Below are positions 10,029-18,917 of a stretch of 64,000 nt of DNA, piece after piece. The first letter of the stretch is position 1. Every line of letters starts with the position of its first letter. The DNA is from Candidatus Eiseniibacteriota bacterium (GTDB taxonomy: Bacteria; Eisenbacteria; RBG-16-71-46; CAVPCR01): positions 416,001 through 480,000 of the forward strand of contig CAWGMA010000002.1 of the NCBI GenBank assembly GCA_963823555.1, written 5' to 3'. The position numbers were made by a program, and so were the translations under genes. Under the pieces are notes generated by a model. That model ran no database searches. It had not been told where the DNA came from and worked only from the letters and a program-made list of their open reading frames with translations.

Positions 10029-11225
10029 CTAGTGCCACGAGTCCCCGGGCGCCGGGGCCATGTGTTCGGCCCCGGCCCGGGCTCCGCCTCCCCGGAACAT
10101 CGCCTCGATCGCCCCGAGCACGCGATCGACCTGCCCGCGGGGCATGCGGCCGTCCTCCGCCTGCGGCAGGCGCAAGAGGCGCCCGGCGGCGGCGCGCGCG
10201 ATGGCCTCGCCCAGCCGTTCCCCGGGACTCGTCCAGGGCAGGCGCGAGCTCGACGAGCGATCAGGAGCGGCCAGGAGCACGAGGAGCTGGATCGCCTCGC
10301 GCCGGTAGAGCGAGGCCGCGCTGCGGGCATCTCTGTAGGCAGGCGTATCGAAAGGATCGGCGTAACCGGGCGGAAACGGCTCCGGACAGCAGTCGCTGAG
10401 GAGCACGACGAGACTCTGCGCTCCCGGGTTCTTGAACCGTTCCAGCCGGGCCATGGCGAGCGTCTTCTTGAGCCCGTCGGCCAGGGGTGTCTCGCCCCGG
10501 AAGCGCAGCTGGGCCAGCTGGCGGGTGACGATGCGGTAGTTGTGCGTGGGGTGGTGCAGCACGGTGGCCTGGCGTCCCTGCAGGGAAACCAACCCCATGC
10601 GATCACGGTTGCGATGGAAGTGGCCTGCCAGCGAGCGCAGGAGCTCGGCGAATACTCGCAGGTGGCCGATGGTCGAGCGGCTCACGTCGACGAGGAGGAT
10701 CAGGGTCAAGCTCTCGCGTTCGGCCTTCGCCCAGCCGAGAAGGTCATCGCGATGCACGAAGGGCCGGTCCCGGCGCCAGCGGCGTCCGGATCGAAACGCC
10801 TCGAGCACTGTGGACAGGGAAGCCAGCAAGTTCTTCGCGGGCTGATAGGGAACGAGCCGGATGTTGCGGCCGGCGTAGGGATTCTCGATGGCCTGCCGCC
10901 GCCGGCTTCTCCGCGATCCGCGCGGGGTGCGGCGGAACCTCCGGAGCAAGCTACGGAAGAGTCGCCGGTAGCTGCTGCCCAGCATCGAGGGAGGCGCGGC
11001 GAAGATGCTGAACGGCGCCAGTTCTTCCTCGGGTGCGATCCACGCGACGTGTCGCCGGTCGGGCGTGGGACCATTGCGGGCGCCGCCCGGACCGACGATC
11101 CTGGGCAAACACTGCCGCAGGGCGCCGAGCCGCCGCAAAATACCGAGCCGCCGCAAGAACCGGCGGATCCCGCTCTCGCGCGGCGCGGGTCTGGGGCTGC
11201 CCGCGCACAGCGTCAGGCTTTTTTT
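10029..11225 (-). CDS. VWA-domain (ChlD/BchD/CobT-type C-terminal) part of a frameshifted chlD-like gene, reached by a -1 shift from the AAA+ frame
   Basis: MIDAS motif DVSRS, GETPLADGL, LLSD. The frame stays open upstream of TTG 11156 to the A7 run at 11225-11219. No obvious RBS of its own. Confidence 0.75.
   Translation of the reverse strand, partial: KKSLTLCAGSPRPAPRESGIRRFLRRLGILRRLGALRQCLPRIVGPGGARNGPTPDRRHVAWIAPEEELAPFSIFAAPPSMLGSSYRRLFRSLLRRFRRTPRGSRRSRRRQAIENPYAGRNIRLVPYQPAKNLLASLSTVLEAFRSGRRWRRDRPFVHRDDLLGWAKAERESLTLILLVDVSRSTIGHLRVFAELLRSLAGHFHRNRDRMGLVSLQGRQATVLHHPTHNYRIVTRQLAQLRFRGETPLADGLKKTLAMARLERFKNPGAQSLVVLLSDCCPEPFPPGYADPFDTPAYRDARSAASLYRREAIQLLVLLAAPDRSSSSRLPWTSPGERLGEAIARAAAGRLLRLPQAEDGRMPRGQVDRVLGAIEAMFRGGGARAGAEHMAPAPGDSWH
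11183..11225 (-). promoter_or_regulatory. Candidate programmed -1 ribosomal frameshift signal (slippery A_AAA_AAA plus pseudoknot)
   Basis: ACA AAA AAA GCC TGA, 7-nt spacer, then stem 1 GCUG/CAGC and stem 2 GCGCGGG/CCCGCGC. Confidence 0.7.
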
Positions 11226-12322
11226 GTCGCGCTGCCGCCGATCCCCGCCGTGGGACCGACCGTCGCTGTGCGGTCCCCCGGTTTCGGCCGGCCGGGCAGC
11301 CCGCTCAGCGCGCGTCCGAAGTGCTCGCGGATCTCGTCCCGGGTTGGCGGTTCGAGGAGACCGCCGTCACGCGTGCGATGGCCGAGGGCGGCCTCCGCCG
11401 CGATGGCCACGTCCCCAGCGGTGATCCGCGGCTGTCCGGCGAGCGCGGCCACCGCGCGCGCCGTCTTCATGATCACGATGTCCGGACGCTGTCCGTCCAC
11501 CTTCAGCTCGGCGCAGGCCGTCGAGATGCCCAGGAGGAGAGCATCCTCGATCTCGATCTCGGCGAGGCGCCGGCGCGCCTCGAGGATTTGCTGGCGCAGC
11601 GCCCCGGTCTCGTCGGCGAAGCGCTGCTGGAACGCCTCCGGCGCACGCTCGAACTCGAGGTTTCGCCGGACGATCTCCGCTCGCTGTGCCGGGTCACGGA
11701 TCGTCTCGACCTTCACGGAGAGGGGAAACCGGTCGAGAATCTGCGGGCGCAGGTCGCCTTCCTCCGGGTTCATCGTGCCGACCAGCACGAACTCGGCGGG
11801 ATGCGACACGGAGACGCCTTCCCGCTCGATCCGGCCCCAGTGGCTGGCCGCCGCGTCGAGGATATCGTCGACGAGGTGGTCGGGAAGCAGGTTGACCTCG
11901 TCGACGTAGAGGAGGTTGCGGTTGGCCTCGCCGAGGACCCCGGGCTGGACATGCCGCTTCCCCTGCTCGAGGAGCACCTCGATATCCAGGCTGCCGATCA
12001 GGCGGTCCTCGGTGCAGCTCAGCGGAAGGGTGATGATCCGCATTCGCTCGACGATGGTCGGGAGCTCCGCCCGCTCGCAGCAGAGGGAGCAGATCCGGTC
12101 CGCTTGCCCGGGATCGCAGTGGAATGGACAGCCGGTCACGGCGGTGTATTCGGGCAGGATCCCGGCGAGCGAGTGCACGATCATGCTCTTGCCGGTTCCC
12201 TTGGCGCCGCTCAAGAGCAGGCCGCCGATGCGCGGGTCCACGATATTGGCCAGATAGACGGTCTTGAGCAGGTCCTGGCCGACGACGGCGGCGAAGGGGT
12301 AGTGACGGCTCTTCTCGCGCAT
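11213..12322 (-). CDS. ChlI/BchI-family (Mg/Co chelatase-type) AAA+ ATPase
   Basis: YPFAAVVGQ, Walker A GAKGTGKS, Walker B LYVDEVN, GTMNPEEGDLRPQILDRF. GGAGG RBS before ATG 12322. Confidence 0.9.
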   Translation of the reverse strand: MREKSRHYPFAAVVGQDLLKTVYLANIVDPRIGGLLLSGAKGTGKSMIVHSLAGILPEYTAVTGCPFHCDPGQADRICSLCCERAELPTIVERMRIITLPLSCTEDRLIGSLDIEVLLEQGKRHVQPGVLGEANRNLLYVDEVNLLPDHLVDDILDAAASHWGRIEREGVSVSHPAEFVLVGTMNPEEGDLRPQILDRFPLSVKVETIRDPAQRAEIVRRNLEFERAPEAFQQRFADETGALRQQILEARRRLAEIEIEDALLLGISTACAELKVDGQRPDIVIMKTARAVAALAGQPRITAGDVAIAAEAALGHRTRDGGLLEPPTRDEIREHFGRALSGLPGRPKPGDRTATVGPTAGIGGSATKKA

Positions 12323-12368
12323 GGGCCCTCCTCCGACGACCTCGATACCGGCAGCCTCGAGGCCTAGT

Positions 12369-13417
12369 CTAGAGCGTCGCCATCTCCACGTTGTCGAAGT
12401 TGCGCCGGTAGAAGGACATGTACTGCACCTTGCGCTCGAGGGCCTGGATGACGGCATGCGTGAAGTTGACGCCCGTGAACTTCTGCGCGCTGCCCAGGCC
12501 GCCCGGGCTGAAGACGTTGATCTCCATCAGCTTGTCGCCGACGATGTCCAGGCCGACGAGGAACATGCCGTCCTGCACGAGCTTCGGCCGGACGATCTCG
12601 GCGATGCGCAGCGCCGTGGCGTCGATCTCGGCCTCGCGGAGCTTGCCCGCCGGCGTGGATGTTCGAGCGCATGTCGCCGCCCGTGCGCACGCGGCGGAAC
12701 GCGGCGTACTTGCCCTTGTAGCGCAGCGGCTGGCCGTTCATCAGAAACAGACGCATGTCGCCCTCGGCGGCGGCGGGCAGGTACTCCTGGGCGATGACGT
12801 AGCCGTCGCGGCTGACGGCATCGATCATCTGATTCAGGTTCGGCACGTCTTCCGGCCGCACCAGGAAGACGCTCTGGCCGCCCGAGCCCTGCAGCGGCTT
12901 GAGCACGATGGTGCCGCCCTGCTCCTTGGCGAACGCCTTGATCTCGTCGCGGTCGCGCGTGATCAGCGTCTTCGGCCGCACCTCTTCCGGGAAGAGCTGG
13001 AAGTACATCTTGCTCATCGCCCGCGCCAGGCCGTTCGGATCGTTCAGCACGATCACGCCGTGGCGCATGGCCACGCGGCCGAACTGCGTGCCCGCGGTCG
13101 ACGGCCCAGGGCCTGTAGATGACGTCCGTGGCCGGGTCGTTCCGCAGCAGCAGGACGTCCAGCTCGTCGACGGTGATGCGCTCGACGATCGCGTTCTTGC
13201 CTTGCAGGTCCCGCAGGTAGCCCTCCGAGGTCGTGTACTTCTTCTTGGGCACGCTGCGCGCCCGGGCGCGGATGGTGTCGTCCGGATCGTAGGCCAGATC
13301 GCCCACGCCCATGACCCAGACTTCGTGGCCCAGGTTGACCGCCGCCACGCCCAGCCGACTGGTCGTGTAGCCGGTCTCTTCGGTCTTGATGTCGTTGACG
13401 ACGAATCCGATCTTCAT
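12369..13417 (-). CDS. Glutathione synthase-like ATP-grasp ligase (two +1 indels near 13103 and 12647, probably sequencing errors)
   Basis: Stitched protein: MKIGFVVN, LDVLLLRNDP, VLNDPNGL, VLKPLQGSGG, QEYLP, GDMR, RSNIHAGG, VGLDIVGDKLMEINVFSPGG. Confidence 0.8.
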
Positions 13418-15351
13418 CGGTGCCTCCCATCGATAAGGTCGAGTGACCGTCACTCCCTTGCGCAGCTCCTGCAGCCTCGACAGCGCTTCGGGCATCTCCA
13501 TGTAGCGCGGCGCGAGCGGCGGCTCGCGCAGCACCTTGCGCCACTGGAGCTCGCGGACGATCGGAACGTGATCGGCGGCGATCTTGCCGACCAACAGCGG
13601 CTCGAGCTCACCATCGGTGCCCAGGTACTCCAGCATCTGGCACAAGCCCGCGCAAGTAGACCGCATCCTTGGTCAGCCCCCCACCGCGGTAGATCCGCAT
13701 CGCGATGGTGAAGGCGGTGCGGCGATCGAAGCCATACAGGCCGTCCAGCTCGCGGAACGTGTCCACGAAGGTGGCGCCGTCGATCATGTGCCGCGTCGCA
13801 AGGACGCGCGCGGCCAGCAGGCGCAACCGCGGCCGGCTCAGGCCGCCCACCAGGTACTCGGCCAGCACGGCGAGGCCTTCCTGAAAGGCCTCGTATCCGG
13901 CCAGGCCCGAATAGAGCTGTCGAAACGGCTGGGCCCGTCCGTTGTAGTAGGTCAGGACGTGCGTTCCGACCTCGTGCTGCAGCAGCGGCTTCCACTCGCG
14001 ACACCGGAATCCGCGTGTGCTTGCCGATCAACAGCGAGCCGCGCGAGACCATCAGGCCGCTGGCGATGTCCTCGCGCACCTGCACGCCGGCATCGACCTC
14101 CGGCCAGCGCTCCCGGTAGTACGCGATCTCCTCCTCGGCCCGCTCGGCGAACGCCTCCGCATCGAGGTGCCCGCTCCTGGAATCCTCGCGCGTGCGCGGC
14201 GGCAGGCGGTACAGGAGCTGATCGGCCAGACGCTTCAGATCGTCTTCCACGCCGCCGTAACAGCTGCAGGCTGCCGTGCACGAAACGCGGCGTGTTGACG
14301 TCGATCAGCATGGTGATCTGCCGATCGAGCTCGTCCTGCTTCTGCCGCAGCAGCAGGGACAACGCCGGATCCTCGACCCGCTCGATCGGCGTGCTGTACA
14401 GGCGGCGCTTGAGAACGACGGGATCCGCGGGAAGCGGCCGGTACTGAAACACCGGCGCCACTTCGAACCGACTTCTCTCGAACTCGCGCCAGGCCTGCTC
14501 GGCGTTGGCCGGCGTCACCTGAAGCAGGAAGTCGAAGCTGTCCGATACCTCCGCCAGTTGCCGGTCGACCTCCCACACGGCCTTGACCATCGCTCGCCGA
14601 CCCAGCACCTGGTAGTGCTTGGGCCGGTGCGTCGTCTGCGTGCGCGTGAACTCGAAGAAGGTCTGCCGCAGGGCCTGGCTCAGGCCGCGCCGCAGCTCGC
14701 GCAGGACCAACGGGTAGAGCTCGCCTCCTGGCGCCCCGGTACACGGGGCGCACCTCCAGGCCCAGCATCGGCAGCCCAGCTCGACGCGCCGCATCGGCCG
14801 GCAGGATCGGCGAGTACTGCCGCGGACAGCATCGCGTCGTTCGGCGGACCTGGGTCTCCGGCCGGGTGCCTGCGCAGCGTGATCCGCGACAGCGCATCAT
14901 CGAACGTGCCGACGAGCGGCACCGACATCGCTCGTCCTTCGGGGCGACGATCTCGGAAGCTCGGCTTCAGGATGTCGTCGGCGATCGTCGGGCATCGCCT
15001 TGCCGCCGCTTCGCCCGACCAGAGCTCCAGAATCAGAAAGGCGCCGAACTGTTCCGCCGATGCGTTCGGCGATCGCCCTGCACCAGCGCCGTCAGGCCGG
15101 CTTGCAGGCTGCCGGCGCCGGAGGCAATCAGGTAGGCGGCCTCACTGGTCACCAGCCGCTCGGTGCCCGCGTCGTCGCCGCGGACCGGCCGGCGATACAC
15201 GCACAGGAAGGGCAGCTGGCGGTCGATGTGCACGCGGCCCCAGACCGGCAAGTTGCGCCGGACCCGCTTGTTCTCCTCGAGGCGCTCGCACACCGTGCGG
15301 ATGAACCGCTCGGTGATCGCCTGCGGTCTGGACGTCTCTGCCGGTCTTCAT
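13414..15351 (-). CDS. QEGLA-motif metallo-carboxypeptidase (DUF1704/MATCAP-like), multiply frameshifted
   Basis: HEVGTH (~13960-13976), FQEGLAVLAEY (~13855-13887), RIYRGGGLTKDAVYL, N-terminal HIDRQLPFLCVYRR. ATGA overlaps with both neighbours. Confidence 0.8.
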
Positions 15352-16142
15352 GAGTGCTCGCAGCTGCTCCAGCACGCCGGGCGTCGTGCTGCGCAGTGCG
15401 TCGCCGATCGCCCGGACGAGGTCGCGGTCTGGCTTCGCCGGTCCACTCGTCCATGAAGAACTTCTTGAACTCGATCGCCAGCGCACACCCGGTCTGCGGG
15501 AAACGTCTCGTGCACCCAGCGCGAGAAGTGCCCGCCGCGGAACTTGACGTTCTCGCGCACGTCGAGCCGGCCGCCCGGGAAGTCGTAGGCCCGCAGGTCG
15601 GCGATGAAGCGGTCCACGACCGGCGCCCAGCGCGCGCGGTCCATCGTGCCGGTGCCGACGTTGACCTGCGGGTTCTCGGCCTCGTCGGCCGGCGGGCGCA
15701 TCCGGGGCCGTCGCGCCGATGGTTGTAGCTGTGCAGGTCGAAGACGACGAAGCGGCCGCACTCCCGCTCGACCTCGCGTCGAGCAGGTCTCGCATGGCCT
15801 GCGTAGAAGGCGTCGTACTCGGCCAGCGACTCGGCGATCACGCGTCCTCCGGCAGCGCGCTCTTCCAGACCTCCAGCCCCCAGGCGTCCTCCGGCCGGCG
15901 ATAGACCGCCGTTCTCACGCGGCCGGTTGAGATCGACCTCGAACCGCGAGCGCAGGACCACGACTCGGGTCGGGGCGATCTGCGTCCACGCATCGGTGAA
16001 CGGATCCTCCTCCCGCAGCCGGCTGGCCTCGTCCAGGGCCAGGTTGCCCGGCCACCTCGTCCCGAACCGCGTGGCCGGCGTGGATGGCCACGGCCACGAG
16101 CGGTCCCTCGCCGCTCACGAGCTGCCAGACCGGTCCATTCAT
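15348..16142 (-). CDS. N-formylglutamate amidohydrolase-family protein, multiply frameshifted
   Basis: AIHAGH, REEDPFTD, SRFEVDLNRP, FDLHSYNHRR, NVGTG, ENVKFRGG, AIEFKKFFMDEWTG, spread across frames. Confidence 0.8.
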
Positions 16143-16337
16143 TGTGGCCCTTTCTTCGATAGCGACACAGAGTTCCAGCCTATCACACGCTGGTGCCGGA
16201 CTGATGCTGGCCACCGGCGGTCGCCGGTGAGAGCGAGCGCAATGATTCCGTCGCAGGCGCAGTTCTCCGTGCGCGCCACGCGAGGCCTTTGCCGCGCCAT
16301 GCTCGGGGCCGTCGTCAAGCGCGGATTGTTCGACTAG

Positions 16338-16565
16338 GTGGCCCTGGCGGTCCTCGGCGTGCCCGACGTGAAGGTCGATCGCAGCGTCAACATCGTCAAG
16401 GGCGCGCGCATGACCGCCGCCGATGCGGGCGGCCGTGTACGGCCGCTGCGCACCGAGAGCCTCAACGGCATGGCCGTGACCGAGGGCGCTCAGGTCGTCG
16501 GCGTCGCGCTCGCGGCGTCGTCGCCTGGCGCGGACACCATCCCGGTCTTCGTGACCCTGAAATGA
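16338..16565 (+). pseudogene. Orphan C-terminal fragment of a larger secreted or fibre-like protein
   Basis: VKVD...GARMT...VVGVAL...IPVFVTLK resembles a small C-terminal beta domain. An in-frame stop lies directly upstream and there is no RBS. Confidence 0.4.
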
Positions 16566-16576
16566 AAGGAGCCGAC

Positions 16577-16859
16577 ATGTTGAAGCACCGCGGATATTCC
16601 CGGCACGGATCACTGCCGGCTCTTTGCCTGCTCGGCGTCCTGCTCCTGGCCGCCAAAGAGCGGGCATGTCCGTCTCTCGGTCTACGACGTGCGGGGCACG
16701 CTGGTCCGGACGCTGGTCGAGGCGACGATGCCCGCCGGTCACCACGTCAGCACGTGGGATGGGACCAATCATGCGGGAGCGTCGGTGGCGGGCGGTACCT
16801 TCTTCGTGATCGACGCGGTTGGACATCATGAGCAGCAGAAGGGGGTGCTGCTGAAGTAG
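16577..16859 (+). pseudogene. Signal peptide joined out of frame to half of a FlgD/T9SS-type C-terminal domain (internal deletion)
   Basis: AAGGAG RBS, then MLKHRGYSRHGSLPALCLLGVLLLAA. Another frame from ~16653 reads PKSGHVRLSVYDVRGTLVRTLV...WDGTN...KGVLLK*. Confidence 0.7.
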
Positions 16860-16935
16860 CAATGCAGGTGCCGATCGAAGGGCTCGCGGCGCGGATCGTC
16901 TTCGCGGCGGGAAGGGACCAGGTGAGCCGACCGGT

Positions 16936-16969
16936 CAGACGAAGGCCCCCGCAAGGGGGCCTTCGTCTG
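16936..16969. terminator. Hairpin between convergent gene remnants; probable terminator
   Basis: Perfect 15-bp stem CAGACGAAGGCCCCC/GGGGGCCTTCGTCTG with a GCAA loop. Confidence 0.65.
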
Positions 16970-16995
16970 CCTCGGGATCGCCCGATGGCGGTGCG

Positions 16996-17150
16996 TCACT
17001 CCGCGCCCGGCACGCCCGCTTCCGCCGGTGCGGGCGGATTGTCGGAGTTCCAGGTGTCGCGGATGTACCCCCACTTACCGTCCCGCTTCTCGAAGACTCC
17101 GATGTACTTGCCGGTGTCCACCGTCACCCCGGAAGCGTCGATGAGATCGA
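16996..17150 (-). pseudogene. C-terminal fragment of a DUF4440/SnoaL-like (NTF2-fold) protein
   Basis: DASGVTVDTGKYIGVFEKRDGKWGYIRDTWNSD is a typical family C-terminus. The N-terminus is missing. Confidence 0.6.
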
Positions 17151-17171
17151 GAAGACTCCGGGCGCCTGGCC

Positions 17172-17825
17172 TTACGGTGCCTGGCACTTGAGCTCTTCGC
17201 CGAGCCACGTGACCGTGGCCTCGTTGCCCTTGCTCGAGAACGACACGTTCTGGCCCTCGTACTTCCCGCCGCCTCCTGGAACCTGCCAGGCGATGACGGT
17301 CTTGTCGCCGCGCTCCAGGCGCACGGCCGGCGGATCGGTCTCGAAGAACGTGGCCACCACTTCGTTGGCGGGATTGCTCTCGCAGGCGAAGAAGATCGGC
17401 TTCTTCTCGGGGGCCAGCTGCCACTGCACCTGAAGCTCGGAGATCCGGAGCTTGTACTGGGCCTCGACGCATTCCCGGACGCTGGTTGCGGTCCAGCTTG
17501 CGGTCAAGAAGAGCGGGTTCTCCTTGCCCTGGGCCTTCCAGCACTCGTCGCGCCCCTTGATCCAGCCCCGCTGTTCGGCGCGGAGCGTCTTGTCCATGCC
17601 GTCCCTGGCCTTGGCCAGAGCGGTCTTGTAGACCTCGTCGAGCTTCCGGTCGAGGGCCGCCAGCTCTTCGTCGGCGCAGATCAGCTTCTCGACCTCACTG
17701 CTGGCCTTCGTGCAATCGAAGGCCGGGCCCTTGGTCCCTTCCTCGGCCCGGCTGGCGGGGGCCGCGATCAGGGCGCCCGCGAGGATCGTCACCGCAAAGA
17801 TCACGGCGCGCATCTGCCACATCAT
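17172..17825 (-). CDS. LprI plus MliC-domain lysozyme inhibitor-like secreted protein
   Basis: Signal peptide, PAFDCTKA..VEKLICAD..LAALD, EQRGWIKGRDEC, GGKYEG...FSSKGNEA. Confidence 0.82.
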   Translation of the reverse strand: MMWQMRAVIFAVTILAGALIAAPASRAEEGTKGPAFDCTKASSEVEKLICADEELAALDRKLDEVYKTALAKARDGMDKTLRAEQRGWIKGRDECWKAQGKENPLFLTASWTATSVRECVEAQYKLRISELQVQWQLAPEKKPIFFACESNPANEVVATFFETDPPAVRLERGDKTVIAWQVPGGGGKYEGQNVSFSSKGNEATVTWLGEELKCQAP

Positions 17826-17866
17826 CCTCTTTTCTCCTATCCACCTGTCGATTTCGTGTTCTCAGG

Positions 17867-18709
17867 CTACCGGTGCTTGTTGCGGTACTCGTCGCTGTGG
17901 CGGAGATCCCGCGCCACGTCCGCCTCGCTCCAGTGGTCTTGCATGACCTTCTGCACGTAGGTCTCCCTGCCCTCGGGGTCGGGCTTGCGGTTCAGGATGC
18001 TCCTGTACGCGCGGTCGACGATCTGCTCCGCGTTTTCCCGTGCCAGGGCGGTCTTCTGGCGGTACTCCGGGCTCTTCTGGATCGCCATGCGCACGTCGTG
18101 CTCGTCCCAGCCGTGGTGCATCACCTGGTTCCGGTACTCGACGAGACCGTTGTAGTCTGGCTCCCGCCCCAGAAGGTCCTTGTAGGCGCGCCGCACGATG
18201 CGTTCGGCCGAATCCTGGCTCTGGCCGGTGTGTTCGGAGCTCTTGCGCAGATCCTGCCGGACATCCTGCTCGGTCCAGCCCTTGTCGATCATGAGCTCCC
18301 GGTAGTGGCGAAGGCCCTCCTTGTCCGGCTCCCGATCGAGGATGTCCTCGTAGGCCCGCCGGGTCACGCGGTCGGGATCCACGTTGGTGTTGGGCTGCGA
18401 GTGCCGGTGGTAGTCGCTACGGGAACTCAAGTCAGCGAGCACATCCTCCTCAGACCAGTGCTCCTCGTGCATCAGCGTGCGGTACCGGCGCAGCTCCGTA
18501 TCGGTCGGCTCGCGATCCAGCACTTGATCAAATGCTTTCTTGATGGCCTGGTCCTGCTGTTCGGCCTCCAGGCTGTTGGCCAGGGCCTCCAGCACTTCCT
18601 GGAGCTTCTCGTTCTCCGCCCGGGCCGGGGTGCTCCCCACGCCGGCCAGCATCACCACAGCCGCCACGATCATCGACGGCACATTCAACTGTCTTACCGT
18701 GAAGGACAT
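17867..18709 (-). CDS. Secreted protein with four DUF4214-like helical repeats
   Basis: Signal peptide and four copies of A[YF]xx[IVL]LxR[EK]P...W[STD]ExDV. Confidence 0.7.
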   Translation of the reverse strand: MSFTVRQLNVPSMIVAAVVMLAGVGSTPARAENEKLQEVLEALANSLEAEQQDQAIKKAFDQVLDREPTDTELRRYRTLMHEEHWSEEDVLADLSSRSDYHRHSQPNTNVDPDRVTRRAYEDILDREPDKEGLRHYRELMIDKGWTEQDVRQDLRKSSEHTGQSQDSAERIVRRAYKDLLGREPDYNGLVEYRNQVMHHGWDEHDVRMAIQKSPEYRQKTALARENAEQIVDRAYRSILNRKPDPEGRETYVQKVMQDHWSEADVARDLRHSDEYRNKHR

Positions 18710-18917
18710 TCCTGGATCTCCTCGATACGCAACGGGATACGCTTTCAGAGCTGGGTTCCATCGCCAAGGCGCCCATCGTTGGGATGCCCCTGGAAGCATG
18801 ACCGATTCGACGAGTCACGAGCGGCTGGCCCTTGGCGACGGAGTTCAAGGCGCATGGGCCGATTACGAATATCCCTCTGCGTAATGGGGATAACGCAAGG
18901 GCCGGAACCTCCGCCGC

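Noticed and set aside
10029..12322. Chlorophyll biosynthesis inferred from chlI/chlD-like genes
   Set aside because: The family is widespread in non-phototrophs and there are no photosynthesis genes in the window.
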